Positions 14,401-29,400 of a stretch of 64,000 bases of DNA are shown here, piece by piece. The notes below the pieces were generated by a model. That model ran no database searches. It was not told the DNA's origin and was given only the letters and a program-made list of their open reading frames with translations. Position numbers and translations under genes: made by a program. Source of the DNA: Haliotis rufescens (lineage: Eukaryota); assembly GCF_023055435.1 (NCBI RefSeq), contig NW_025964212.1, positions 2,604,001-2,668,000 on the forward strand, written 5' to 3'. Position 1 is the stretch's first letter; each line of letters opens with the position of its first letter.

Positions 14401-17400
14401 GCTAGACATACAGATTGTGGGTGACGACGTGGTGGACAGACTGTACAGGATAGATAGGATGGTGAGGACAGTTGGGCAGGGCTGAATGGAACAGATGCTG
14501 GACATACAGGCTGTACAGGATAGATAGGATGGTGAGGACAGTTGGGCGGGGCTGAATGGAACAGATGCTGGACATACAGATTGTGGGTGACGACATGGCG
14601 GACAGACTGTACAGGATAGCTAGGATGGTGAGGACAGTTGGGCGGGACTGAATGGTACAGATGCTGGACATACAGATTGTGGGTGATGACGTGGCGGACA
14701 GACTGTACAGGATAGATAGGATGGTGATGACAGTTGGGCGGGACTGAATGGAACAGATGCTAGACATACAGATTGTGGGTGACGACGTGGTGGACAGACT
14801 GTACAGGATAGATAGGATGGTGATGACAGTTGGGCGGGACTGAATGGAACAGATGCTAGACATACAGATTGTGGGTGACGACGTGGTGGACAGACTGTAC
14901 AGGACAGATAGGATGGTGAGGACAGTTGGGCAGGGCTGAATGGAACAGATGCTGGACATACAGATTGTGGGTGACGACATGGCGGACAGACTGTACAGGA
15001 TAGCTAGGATGGTGATGACAGTTGGGCGGGACTGAATGGAACAGATGCTAGACATACAGATTGTGGGTGACGACGTGGTGGACAGACTGTACAGGATAGA
15101 TAGGATGGTGAGGACAGTTGGGCGGGACTGAATGGAACAGATGCTGGACATACAGATTGTGGGTGACGACGTGGTGGACAGACTGTACAGGACAGATAGG
15201 ATGGTGAGAACAGTTGGGTGGGACTGAATGGAACAGATGCTGGACATACAGATTGTGGGTGACGACGTGGTGGACAGACTGTACAGGATAGATAGGATGG
15301 TGAGGACAGTTGGGCGGGGCTGAATGGAACAGATGCTAGACATACAGATTGTGGGTGATGACATGGCAGACAGACTGTACAGGACAGATAGGATGGTGAG
15401 GACAGTTGGGCAGGGCTGAATGGAACAGATGCTGGACATACAGGCTGTACAGGATAGATAGGATGGTGAGGACAGTTGGGCGGGGCTGAATGGAACAGAT
15501 GCTGGACATACAGATTGTGGGTGACGACGTGGTGGACAGACTGTACAGGATAGATAGGATGGTGATGACAGTTGGGCGGGACTGAATGGAACAGATGCTA
15601 GACATACAGATTGTGGGTGACGACGTGGTGGACAGACTGTACAGGATAGATAGGATGGTGAGGACAGTTGGGCGGGGCTAAATGGAACAGATGCTGGACA
15701 TACAGATTGTGGGTGACGACATGGCGGACAGACTGTACAGGACAGATAGGATGGTGAGGACAGTTGGGCGGGACTGAATGGAACAGATGCTGGACATACA
15801 GATTGTGGGTGACGACATGGCGGACAGACTGTACAGGACAGATAGGATGGTGAGGACAGTTGGGCGGGACTAAATGGAACAGATGCTGGACATACAGATT
15901 GTGGGTGACGACATGGCGGACAGACTGTACAGGACAGATAGGATGGTGAGGACAGTTGGGCGGGGCTAAATGGAACAGATGCTGGACATACAGATTGTGG
16001 GTGATGACATGGCGGACAGACTATACAGGACAGATAGGATGGTGAGGACAGTTGGGTGGGGCTAAATGGAACAGATGCTGGACATACAGATTGTGGGTGA
16101 CGACATGGCGGACAGACTATACAGGACAGATAGGATGGTGAGGACAGTTGGGTGGGGCTAAATGGAACAGATGCGGGCTAAGTGAGGAGATAGACTATGG
16201 GGAATGGTGTGAGGACATGGAAAACTGACTGGTTCGTGAGTTTGGAATGGTTTTGGAATATCTTCAAGGTGTCTATGTGTGACAGTCTGTCTTGTTTGTA
16301 GACTGGGCGCAAGTTAGAGGAGAACAAGCTGAGGGCGAGAGAGCGAGCCTCGGATGCCAAGAAGATTCAGGACCTCCAAAGACAGGTAGGTTCCATCTTC
16401 TTTCATCATTACAGGTAGCACAGTAAAACATCATCAGTTGTGAAATCTCAAGTGAAGCAGATGCTTCAGGTTCTATGATGATGACTTGGCTTTAGCTAGT
16501 CACCATATTAACCTCTGGTCGAAGGTTACAGGGTAATAATGCAGCCTTTTGAACATGCTTTAGCGTGTATTCGGCGCATTATGTATATGCAAATGATGGA
16601 TGATGATGATGATGATGATGATGATGGTTTTTTTATTCCAACTGGACAATACCTAATCAAGTGTGCTTTGTGAGTCCTGATTGTTTCTTGATGTTGTCCT
16701 CCTATCTGGACTATTCCGAAAGTGTTGAGCCCCAATTAAATGTCTCCGTTGGTGCTGATGCAGGTGAAGGAGATGGAGCAGATCATCCGTCGCCGCCACC
16801 CCAACTCCCTCCCGGCGCTGATGATGGCTGCAGCTGCAAGCGTGGGCGAGGACCAGGCTCCCCCCATCAAGTCCGCGAGTGTCACGGTGCTGGAGAACCG
16901 CATCAAGAAGCTGGAGGAGGAACTGGCCAGCAAGGACGAAGCCTCCAACACCCTGCTGCGGGCCATGGAGCAGAAGTACAACAACATCAAGGTGGTTTTC
17001 TTGGGGACTTTGTTGTTTGTTGTTGTTTAATGCTCTGGTACATAGGTAGACTGCACTAGTCTTTTCAGATACGGAGGTGGACTCTTTACATTTTAAGATC
17101 CGGGATTTTGTGGCAATCTCTGTGGAGATCATGTGCCAGTCTACATTGACATCATGTGTCAATATCTGTGGAGATCATGTGCCAGTCTACATTGACATCA
17201 TGTGTCAGTCTCTGTGGAGATCATGTGCCAGTCTCCATTGACATCATGTGTCAGTCTCTGTGGAGATCATGTGCCAGTCTACATTGATGTCATGTGTCAA
17301 TATCTGTGGAGATCATGTGCCAGTCTCCATTGACATCATGTGTCAGTCTCCATTGACATCATGTGTCAGTCTCTGTGGAGATCATGTGCCAGTCTCCATT

Positions 17401-20400
17401 GACATCATGTGTCAGTCTCTGTGGAGATCATGTGCCAGTCTACATTGACATCATGTGTCAATATCTGTGGAGATCATGTGCCAGTCTACATTGACATCAT
17501 GTGTCAGTCTCTGTGGAGATCATGTGCCAGTCTCCATCGACATCATGTGTCAATCTCTGTGGAGATCATGTGCCAGTCTACATTGACATCATGTGTCAAT
17601 ATCTGTGGAGATCATGTGCCAGTCTACATTGACATCATGTGTCAGTCTCTGTGGAGATCATGTGCCAGTCTCCATTGACATCATGTGTCAGTCTCTGTGG
17701 AGATCATGTGCCAGTCTCCATTGACATCATGTGTCAATCTCTGTGGAGATCATGTGCCAGTCTCCATTGACATCATGTGTCAGTCTCCATTGACATCATG
17801 TGTCAGTCTCTGTGGAGATCATGTGCCAGTCTCCATTGACATCATGTGTCAATCTCTGTGGAGATCATGTGCCAGTCTCCATTGACATCATGTGCCAGTC
17901 TCCATTGACATCATGTGTCAATCTCTGTGGAGATCATGTGCCAGTCTCCATTGACATCATGTGTCAGTCTCTGTGGAGATCATGTGCCAGTCTCCATTGA
18001 CATCATGTGTCAATCTCTGTGGAGATCATGTGCCAGTCTCCATTGACAGCATGTGCCAGTCTCCATTGACATCATGTGTCAATCTCTGTGGAGATCATGT
18101 GCCAGTCTCCATTGACATCATGTGTCAGTCTCTGTGGAGATCATGTGCCAGTCTCCATTGACATCATGTGTCAATCTCTGTGGAGATCATGTGCCAGTCT
18201 CCATTGACATCATGTGCCAGTCTCCATTGACATCATGTGTCAATCTCTGTGGAGATCATGTGCCAGTCTCCATTGACATCATGAGTCAGTCTCTGTGGAG
18301 ATCATGTGCCAGTCTCCATTGACATCATGTGTCAATCTCTGTGGAGATCATGTGCCAGTCTCTGTGGAGATCATGTGCCAGTCTCCATTGACATCATGTG
18401 TCAATCGCTGTGGAGATCATGTGGTAAACTCTGTGTTGCAGTACAAGTTTGAGTCGCGAGTGTCTGACCTGGAGAAGCAGCTGTCCATCTATCAGCGGGT
18501 GGACGGGACGGGCGGGGATCTTCCCATCACCCATGGTGCTGCGATGGAGCTGGAGTTGAAGGAGTTGCGGCAACGCTACACGCGGCAGGTGGCTGAGCTG
18601 CAGGCCCAGGTTGACCGACTCACTGGGGAGCTGACCAAGATCAACAAGAACCAACACAGTCAGTACCAGCACTCTCACACAGTCTTACACACAGTCTTAC
18701 ACACAGTCTTACACACAGTCGGTGTCAGCACTCTCTCACAGACTTACACACAGTCAGTACCAGCACTCTCACACAGTCTTACACAGTCAGTGTCAGCACT
18801 CTCACACAGTCTTACACACAGTTGGTGTCAGCACTCTCACACAGACTTACACACAGTCAGTACCAGCACTCTCACACAGTCTTTCACACAGTCAGTGTCA
18901 GCACTCTCACACAGTTTTACACACAGTCAGTGTCAGCACTCTCACACAGTCATACACACAGTTGGTGTCAGCACTCTCACACAGACTTACACACAGTCAG
19001 TACCAACACTCTCACACAGTCTTACACACAGTCAGTACCAGCACTCCCACACAGTCTTTCACACAGTCAGTGTCAGCACTCTCACACAGTCTTACACACA
19101 GTCAGTGTCAGCACTCTCACACAGTCTTACACACAGTTGGTGTCAGCACTCTCACACAGTCTTTCACACAGTCAGTGTCAGCACTCTCACACAGTCTTAC
19201 ACACAGTCAGTACCAGCACTCTCACACAGTCTTTCACACAGTCAGTGTCAGCACTCTCACACAGACTTACACACAGTCAGTGTCAGCACTCTCACACAGA
19301 CTTACACACAGTCAGTGTCAGCACTCTCACACAGACTTACACACAGTCAGTACCAACACTCTTATACAGTCTTACACACAGTCAGTGTCAGCACTCTCAC
19401 ACAGTCTTACACACAGTCAGTACCAGCACTCTCACACAGTCTTACACACAGTCAGTACCAACACTCTTATACAGTCTTACACACAGTTGGTGTCAGCACT
19501 CTCACACAGTCATACACACAGTCAGTACAAGCACTCTCACACAGTCTTACACACAGTCAGTACCAACAGTCTCACACAGTCTTACACACAGTCAGTACCA
19601 GCACTCTCACACAGTCAGTGTCAACACTCTCACACAGTCTTACACACAGTCAGTACCAACACTCTCACACAGTCTTACACACAGTCAGTACCAGCACTCT
19701 CACACAGTCTTACACACAGTCAGTACCAGCACTCTCACACAGTCTTACACAGTCAGTGTCAGCACTCTCACACAGTCTTACACACAGTCAGTGTCAGCAC
19801 TCTCACACAGTTTTACACACAGTCAGTGTCAGCACTCTCACACAGTCTTACACACAGTCAGTGTCAGCACTCTCACACAGTCATACACACAGTCAGTACC
19901 AGCACTCTCACACAGTCTTACACACAGTCAGTGTCAGCACTCTCACACAGTCATACACACAGTCAGTACCAGCACTCTCACACAGTCTTACACAGTCAGT
20001 GTCAGCACTCTCACACAGTCATACACACAGTCAGTACCAGCACTCTCACACAGTCTTACACAGTCAGTGTCAGCACTCTCACACAGTCTTACACACAGTT
20101 GGTGTCAGCACTCTCACACAGTCTTACACAGTCAGTGTCAGCACTCTCACACAGTCTTACACACAGTCAGTGTCAGCACTCTCACACAGTCATACACACA
20201 GTCAGTACCAGCACTCTCACACAGTCTTACACAGTCAGTGTCAGCACTCTCACACAGTCTTACACACAGTCAGTACCAGCACTCTTATACAGTCATACAC
20301 ACAGTTGGTGTCAGCACTCTCACACAGTCCTACACACAGTCAGTGCCAGCACTCTCACACAGTCTTACACACAGTCAGTACCAACACTCTTATACAGTCT

Positions 20401-23400
20401 TACACACAGTTGGTGTCAGCACTCTCACACAGTCATACACACAGTCAGTGTCAGCACTCTCACACAGTCTTACACACAGTCGGTGTCAGCACTCTCACAC
20501 AGTCTTACACACAGTCAGTGTCAGCACTCTCACACAGTCTTACACAGTCAGTGTCAGCACTCTCACACAGTCTTACACACAGTTGGTGTCAGCACTCTCA
20601 CACAGTCTTACACAGTCAGTGTCAGCACTCTCACACAGTCTTACACACAGTCAGTGTCAGCACTCTCACACAGTCATACACACAGTCAGTACCAGCACTC
20701 TCACACAGTCTTACACAGTCAGTGTCAGCACTCTCACACAGTCTTACACACAGTTGGTGTCAGCACTCTCACACAGTCTTACACACAGTCGGTGTCAGCA
20801 CTCTCACACAGTCTTACACACAGTCAGTGTCAGCACTCTCACACAGTCTTACACAGTCAGTGTCAGCACTCTCACACAGTCTTACACACAGTTGGTGTCA
20901 GCACTCTCACACAGTCTTACACAGTCAGTGTCAGCACTCTCACACAGTCTTACACACAGTCAGTGTCAGCACTCTCACACAGTCATACACACAGTCAGTA
21001 CCAGCACTCTCACACAGTCTTACACAGTCAGTGTCAGCACTCTCACACAGTCTTACACACAGTCAGTACCAGCACTCTTATACAGTCATACACACAGTTG
21101 GTGTCAGCACTCTCACACAGTCCTACACACAGTCAGTGCCAGCACTCTCACACAGTCTTACACACAGTCAGTACCAACACTCTTATACAGTCTTACACAC
21201 AGTTGGTGTCAGCACTCTCACACAGTCATACACACAGTCAGTGTCAGCACTCTCACACAGTCTTACACACAGTCAGTGTCAGCACTCTCACACAGTCTTA
21301 CACACAGTCAGTGTCAGCACTCTCACACAGTCTTACACACAGTCAGTACCAGCACTCTCACACAGTCTTACACACAGTCAGTGCCAGCACTCTCACACAG
21401 TCTTATACACAGTCAGTACCAGAACTCTCACACAGTCATACACACAGTCAGTGTCAGCACTCTCACACAGTCTTACACACAGTCAGTACCAGCACTTACA
21501 CACAGTCTCACACAAAGCTTTACACACAGTTTACACAGTCAGTGTCAGCATTAGCTGTATAGTACAATGACTCATTTGATCACACTCAAAGCCTTACACA
21601 TACATCCAAACAGAAATAATGGCCATTATTAAGTATGAAGATCACAACACATTTTGCTATTAAGATTGGGCATGTTATACAACAGAAATCGTGAATGCTG
21701 TCATTATTGCATTATCCTATCTTTAGACCTGATGAAGAATGACACCTCTCGAACCCCTGAGTCAGACCTCAACCAGCAGGTGGCGCTGCTGCAGCAGGAA
21801 CTGGATGAGAAGAAGCATGACCTCCATGTCCTTTACACGTCCCTGGAGAGACTCCGCAAGGAGAAGACTGGCGGTGAGCAGGACCGACTAGTTGTCACAA
21901 GTGTTGTTATGAGGTTCAGATAGTTTCATATTTAGTCTCATGAGGGTTTGAAGCCTTCAACATTAATCTTATGTAGCTGAGAAGACTTCGGTCTTAATCG
22001 TATGTGGTCAAGAAGCATTCCGTGATAATCTTATGAGGCTGAGAAACATTTCAATAATAATCTTAAGAGGTTTAGAAGCATAAGCTTTTGTATGATGAGG
22101 TTAAAGAGTTGTATGATGAGGTTAAAGAGTTGTATGATGAGGATAAAGAGATGTATGATGAGGTTAAAGAGTTGTATGGTGAGGTTAAAGAGTTGTATGG
22201 TGAGGTTAAAGAGCCATAGAATGAGGTTAGATAGTTATATAGTGAGGTTAAATAGTTGTATGATGAGGTTAAATAGTTGTATTAGAGGTTAAAGAGCCAT
22301 AGAATGAGGTAAAAGAGTTGTATGATGAGGTTAAAGAGTTGTATGATGAGGTTAAATAGTTGTATTAGAGGTTAAAGAGCCATAGAATGAGGTTAAAGAG
22401 TTGTATGATGAGGTTAAAGAGTTGTATGATGAGGTTAAATAGTTGTATGGTGAGGTTAAAGAGCCATAGAATGAGGTTAGATAGTTATATAGTGAGGTTA
22501 AATAGTTGTATGATGAGGTTAAATAGTTGTATTAGAGGTTAAAGAGCCATAGAATGAGGTAAAAGAGTTGTATGATGAGGTTAAAGAGTTGTATGATGAG
22601 GTTAAATAGTTGTATTAGAGGTTAAAGAGCCATAGAATGAGGTTAAAGAGTTGTATGATGAGGTTAAAGAGTTGTATGATGAGGTTAAATAGTTGTATGG
22701 TGAGGTTAAAGAGCCATAGAATGAGGTTAAAGAGTTGTATGATGAGGTTAGATAGTTGTATAATGAGGTTAAATAGTTGTATGGTGAGGTTAAAGAGCCA
22801 TAGAATGAGGTTAAAGAGTTGTTAATGAAGTTAAAGAGTTGTATGATGAGGTTAGATAGTTGTATAGTGAGGTTAAAGAGTTGTATGATGAGGTTAAATA
22901 GTTGTATTAGAGGTTAAATAGTTGTATTAGAGGTTATAAGAGCCATAGAATGAGGTTAAAGAGTTGTATGATGAGGTTAAAGAGTTGTATGATGAGGTTA
23001 GATAGTTGTATAGTGAGGTTAAAGAGTTGTATGATGAGGTTAAATAGTTGTATTAGAGGTTAAATAGTTGTATTAGAGGTTAAAGAGCCATAGAATGAGG
23101 TTAAAGAGTTGTATGATGAGGTTAAAGAGTTGTATGATGAGGTTAGATAGTTGTATAGTGAGGTTAAATAGTTGTATGGTGAGGTTAAATAGTTGTATTA
23201 GAGGTTAAAGAGCCATAGAATGAGGTTAAAGAGTTGTATGATGAGGTTAAAGAGTTGTATGATGAGGTTAGATAGTTGTATAGTGAGGTTAAAGAGTTGT
23301 ATGATGAGGTTAAATAGTTGTATTAGAGGTTAAAGAGCGATAGAATGAGGTTCAAGAGTTGTATGATGAGCTTAAAGAGTTGTATGATGAGGTTAGATAG

Positions 23401-26400
23401 TTGTATAGTGAGGTTAAGAGTTGTATGATGAGGTTAAATAGTTGTATTAGAGGTTAAATAGTTGTATTAGAGGTTAAAGAGCCATAGAATGAGGTTAAAG
23501 AGTTGTATGATGAGGTTAAAGAGTTGTATGATGAGGTTAAATAGTTGTATTAGAGGTTAAATAGTTGTATTAGAGGTTAAAGAGCCATAGAATGAGGTTA
23601 AAGAGTTGTATGATGAGGTTAAAGAGTTGTATGATGAGGTTAGATAGTTGTATAGTGAGGTTAAATAGTTGTATGGTGAGGTTAAATAGTTGTATTAGAG
23701 GTTAAAGAGCCATAGAATGAGGTTAAAGAGTTGTATGATGAGGTTAAAGAGTTGTATGATGAGGTTAGATAGTTGTATAGTGAGGTTAAAGAGTTGTATG
23801 ATGAGGTTAAATAGTTGTATTAGAGGTTAAAGAGCGATAGAATGAGGTTCAAGAGTTGTATGATGAGCTTAAAGAGTTGTATGATGAGGTTAGATAGTTG
23901 TATAGTGAGGTTAAGAGTTGTATGATGAGGTTAAATAGTTGTATTAGAGGTTAAATAGTTGTATTAGAGGTTAAAGAGCCATAGAATGAGGTTAAAGAGT
24001 TGTATGATGAGGTTAAAGAGTTGTATGATGAGGTTAAATAGTTGTATTAGAGGTTAAAGAGCCATAGAATGAGGTTAAAGAGTTGTATGATGAGGTTAGA
24101 TAGTTGTATAGTGAGGTTAAATAGTTGTATGATGAGGTTAAATAGTTGTATTAGAGGTTAAAGAGCCATAGAATGAGGTTAAAGAGTTGTATGATGAGGT
24201 TAAATAGTTGTATTAGAGGTTAAAGAGCCATAGAATGAGGTTAAATAGTTGTATGCTGAGGTTAAAGAACCATCAGCATTAGTTGTATTTTGAGGTTAAA
24301 TAGATGTATGATGAGGTTAAAGAGCCTTAGAAATAGTCTTATGCTGAATATGAAAGATGTTAATCACAAGACTTACGTCCGGTTTGTTCACAGATACCAC
24401 AAAGAAATCAAAAACTAAGGGCAAGGGTACCAGGAAGAAGCTCTCCACTCCCGAGTCTCAGTTTGACAGTTTCCCTCCAACAGCGGACCGGAGCTACGAG
24501 CCCCAGACGTTTGCAGACTCGGACATCACACAAGTCCTGCATGAAAACCAAGATCTGAGAACTACGGTAAGAAGAGTGTTACAAACAGATGTTGCTGACA
24601 ATCAATCTCTGTTCCTCTTTCGTGTTTAATCAAGTCGAGGAATTTTTTAATATAGCTGACAATGCATAAATGCTATTCATTCACTCCAAGCCATTAAACT
24701 TGCATGTCCACTGTGTCAGGTGGAGAGCCTACAGCTGGAACTGGACCAACAGAGAGTTGACCTCCGTAAGTCTCTAGCGGAGACGGAAGCCGTAGCACGG
24801 AAACACAGGGAGGATTACCAAGACCAGGTGAGCATATCTTCTCAGCATTAGGGGGCAGTCGGGTAGCCTAGTGGTTAAAGCGTTCGCTCGTCACGTCGAA
24901 GACCCAGGTTCAATTCCCGACATGGGTACAATGTGTGAAGCCCATTTCTGGTGTCCCCGGCCGTGATATTGCTGGAATATTGCTAAAAGCGGCGTAAAAC
25001 CATACTCACTCACTCACTCTCAGCAGTAGGATGACATTCAGGATGCCACATGCAGAGGACATTATTACCTTTTTTGAGAACACCTGGTGTCATCACTTCT
25101 TTTCAGTGATCCATTCATATAATTGTCGTCTCTATTTTGCCTTTTACGCTGAATGGAATATTTTGACAGATAATCAAGACTGATTATTCTCAGGTGTTGA
25201 CATTTTATATAAATTGTTAAAGATCTTTTCTTATAAGGTCTGATATTACCAATGGTACGTTTGTTAGATGTTGTAGTAAGTTGAAGGCTTAACTTGGGCC
25301 AGCAATCTCATTAAAATCAGATCTGAGTTTTCGCTACAAAGATCTGAGGACGTCCTAGTACGGGTCACGTCAGACAATCATTTGCAAATTTTGACCGACC
25401 AATGAAATGACTGACAAGAAATCGACATTAGCCAATCAGAAGGCAGCTTTCTCGAGCTTTACGACACTAGTTTTAAACTGGCGACTACGCTTCGAAACAT
25501 TTTGACGTATTCTCCATTAAAAAAATTTAAACTGATAAGAAGAACATTCTGGAATGGCTTATATATGGCCTAGATTGTATGGATATAATCATAAAACCCG
25601 TAAATGTCGTTCGGAATACCCTGTGTTAAATATTTCGTGGTTGCATGATTAGAAAACACATTCCGACAGTCACTTTCATGATCTGGTAAGCGCAGCTCTG
25701 ATTGGTTGGATGAAAGATCGCTCTGATGTGACCCTTAATGGGATGTCCTCAGATCTTTGTTTAACGATAGCGAGAACTAAGATCTGATTTTAATGAAATT
25801 GACTTTGAGCCAAAGTTTGTGGGATGTAATCAACGAAGAGTTGTTTCCCCTGTTTCAGATTGACAGCCTGCGACTGTCCCACCAGCAAGAGCTGCAGAGA
25901 GTCCTCAGTGACCAGGCCTTCCAACACTACTCCTCCAAACTGGCTCAGCTACACAGCAAGTGTGACAGTCAGGAGGTAGGCCTTGCTTTCTTCCATACAT
26001 CACACATCCAATCCACCTCCGTAAACTAGTACCCTAATCCCTCCCCAGCCTCACGCAGCCCACTCAGCACCACCATGCCAACTAATACTCTGTCTGAATA
26101 CAAGCCTGCTAAACCAAACCATCCGTCAAACTCAAACTGAAATGTACTGATTTGAGTGATATGACTGAACAAAAATGTCTTAAATCCCACTGCTGGAAAC
26201 CTCACATCTCTTGGGCAACATCTCCCAGGGCTTGGTGTTCCTGTCTGCTCTCTGATTTGAGCTCTCCCAGAACAGTCAAAACTGTTACATATTGACAGAT
26301 CTCTCCAAAAACACAGCACATCTGTTACCTATGGACTCATTTCTACCAGAACACCACCTCAATCCCTCAACCATTGACTGATCTCTACCAGAACACCACC

Positions 26401-29400
26401 TCAGTCCCCCACCAGTTGACTGATCTCTCCCAGAACACCACCTCAATCCCTCACCAATTGACTGATCTCTCCCAGAACACCACCTCAATCCCTCACCAAT
26501 TGACTGAACTCTCCCATAACACCACCTCAATCTCTCACCGACTGACTGATCTCTCCCAGAACACCACCTCAATCCCTCACCAACTGACTGATCTCTCCCA
26601 GAACACCACCTCACCAATTGACTGATCTCTCCCAGAACACCACCTCAATCCATCACCAACTGACTGATCTTTCCCAGAACACCACATCAATCCCTCACCA
26701 ATTGACTGATCTCTCCCAGAACACCACCTCAATTCCTCACCAGTTGACTGATCTCTCCCAGAACACCACCTCAATCCCTCACCAATTGACTGATCTCTCC
26801 CAGAACACCACCTCAATCTCTCACCAGTTGACTGATCTCTCCCAGAACACCACCTCAATCCCTCACCAACTGACTGATCTCTCCCAGAACACCACCTCAA
26901 TTCCTCACCAATTGACTGATCTCTCCCAGAACACCACCTCAATTCCTCACCAGTTGACTGATCCCTCCCAGAACACAAACTCAATCCCACACCAGTTGAC
27001 TGATCTCTCCCAGAACACCACCTCAATCCCTCACCAGTTGACTGATCTCTCCCAGAACACCACCTCAATCCCTCCCCAGTTGACTGATCTCTCCCAGAAC
27101 ACCACCTCCATCCCTCAACAACTGACTGATCTCTCCCAGAACACCACCTCAATCCCTCACCAACTGACTGATCTCTCCCAGAACACCACCTCAATCCCAC
27201 ACCAGTTGACTGATCTCTCCCAGAACACCACCTCAATCCCTCACCAGTTGACTGATCTCTCCCAGAACACCACCTCAATCCCTCACCGACTGACTGATCT
27301 CTCCCAGAACACCACCTCAATCCCTCACCAGTTGACTGATCTCTCCCAGAACACCACCTCAATCCCACACAAGTTGACTGATCTCTCCCAGAACACCACC
27401 TCAATCCCTCACAGACTGACTGATCTCTCCCAGAACACCACCTCAATCCCACACCAGTTGACTGATCTTGCCAAGAACACCACCTCAATCCCTCACCAGT
27501 TGACTGATCTCTCCCAGAACACCAACTCAATCCCACACCAGTTGACTGATCTCTCCCAGAACACCACCTCAATCCCTCACCGACTGACTGATCTCTCCCA
27601 GAACACCACCTCAATCCCTCACCAACTGACTGATCTCTCCCAGAACACCACCTCACCAATTGACTGATCTCTCCTAGAACACCTCAATTCCTCACCAGTT
27701 GACTGATCTCTCCCAGAACACCACCTCAATCCCTCACCAACTGACTGATCTCTCCCGGAACACCACCTCAATCCCTCACCAACTGACTGATCTCTCCCGG
27801 AACACCACCTCAATCCCTCACCAACTGACTGATCTCTCCCAGAACACCACCTCAATCCCTCACCAGTTGACTGATCTCTCCCAGAACACACCTCCATCCC
27901 TCACCAGTTGACTGATCTCTCCCAGAACACCACCTCAGTCCCTCACCAGTTGACTGATCTCTCCCAGAACACCACCTCAATCCCTCACCAGTTGACTGAT
28001 CTCTCCCAGAACACCACCTCCAACCCTCATCAGTTGACTGATCTCTCCCAGAACATCACCTCCATCCCTAACCAGTTGACTGATCTCTCCCAGAACACCG
28101 CCTCAATCCCTCATCAGTTGACTGATCTCTCCCAGAACACCACCTCCATCCCTCACCAGTTGACTGATCTCTCCCAGAACACCACCTCACCTCACCAACT
28201 GACTGATCTCTCCCTTAACACCACCTCACCTCACCAGTTGACTGATCTCTCCCAGAACACCACCTCACCTCACCAACTGACTGATCTCTCCCTTAACACC
28301 ACCTCACCTCACCAGTTGACTGATCTCTCCCAGAACACCACCTCACCTCACCAACTGACTGATCTTTCCAAGAACACCACCTCACCTCACCAGTTGACTG
28401 ATCTCTCCCTTAACACCACCTCACCTCACCAACTGACTGATCTCTCCCAGAACACCACCTCACCTCACCAACTGACTGATCTCTCCCAGAACACCACCTC
28501 ATTCCCTCACCGACTATCTGATCTCTCCCAGAACACCACCTCAATCCCTCACCAACTTACTGATCTCTCCCTTAACACCACCTCACCTCACCAACTGACT
28601 GATCTCTCCCAGAACACCACCTCACCTCACCAACTTACTGATCTCTCCCTTAACACCACCTCACCTCACCAACTGACTGATCTCTCCCCGAACACCACCT
28701 CACCTCACCAACTTACTGATCTCTCCCTTAACACCACCTCACCTCACCAACTGACTGATCTCTCCCAGAACACCACCTCACCTCACCAACTGACTGATCT
28801 CTCCCAGAACACCACCTCACCTAACCAACTGACTTATCTCTCCCTTAACACCACCTCACCTCATCAACTGACTGATCTATCCCAGAACACCACCTCACCT
28901 CACCAGTTGACTGATCTCTCCCAGAACACCACCTCACCTCACCTCACCAACTGACTGATCTATCCCAGGACACCACCTCACCTCACCAATTGACTGATCT
29001 CTCCCAGAACACCACCTCAATCCCTCACCAACCGACTGATCTCTCCCAGTACACCACCTCAATCTCTCTTCTGTTCCAGGTGATGATCCAGCACCTACAG
29101 CAGCAGCTGGCCAAGTCGGAGGTTGATGCAGAGCAGATATCCATCCTCAAGATACGGGAAGCTGCCAAGCAGAATCAGATTGAGAAGCTCCAGGACCTGC
29201 TGCAAGAGGCCAAGAAGAGTCACTCTCCTGTAAGTTTTAGCCTTCTCACTGTACACATGGGCTTCAGTGTGGCAGATCAGGGATGACACGTCCTGCTGGT
29301 TGTTGGCTGACTGTGATCAGGGCTGTCTTCCCTCATCAAGCTGACACTTTGTGTTCAAAGCAATCGTATCCAAACCTACTCACTTTACTGTGATCTCATT

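Noticed and set aside
3877-17200. Regular short repeats resembling CRISPR arrays
   Set aside because: No unique spacers, no cas genes, eukaryotic intronic context.
18722-21562. 900-1000-aa ORFs in all three + frames
   Set aside because: Stop-free minisatellite; not an independent gene.
26285-28954. TDLSQNTTS and WCSGRDQS repeat ORFs
   Set aside because: Translations of the intronic 42/39-bp repeat.
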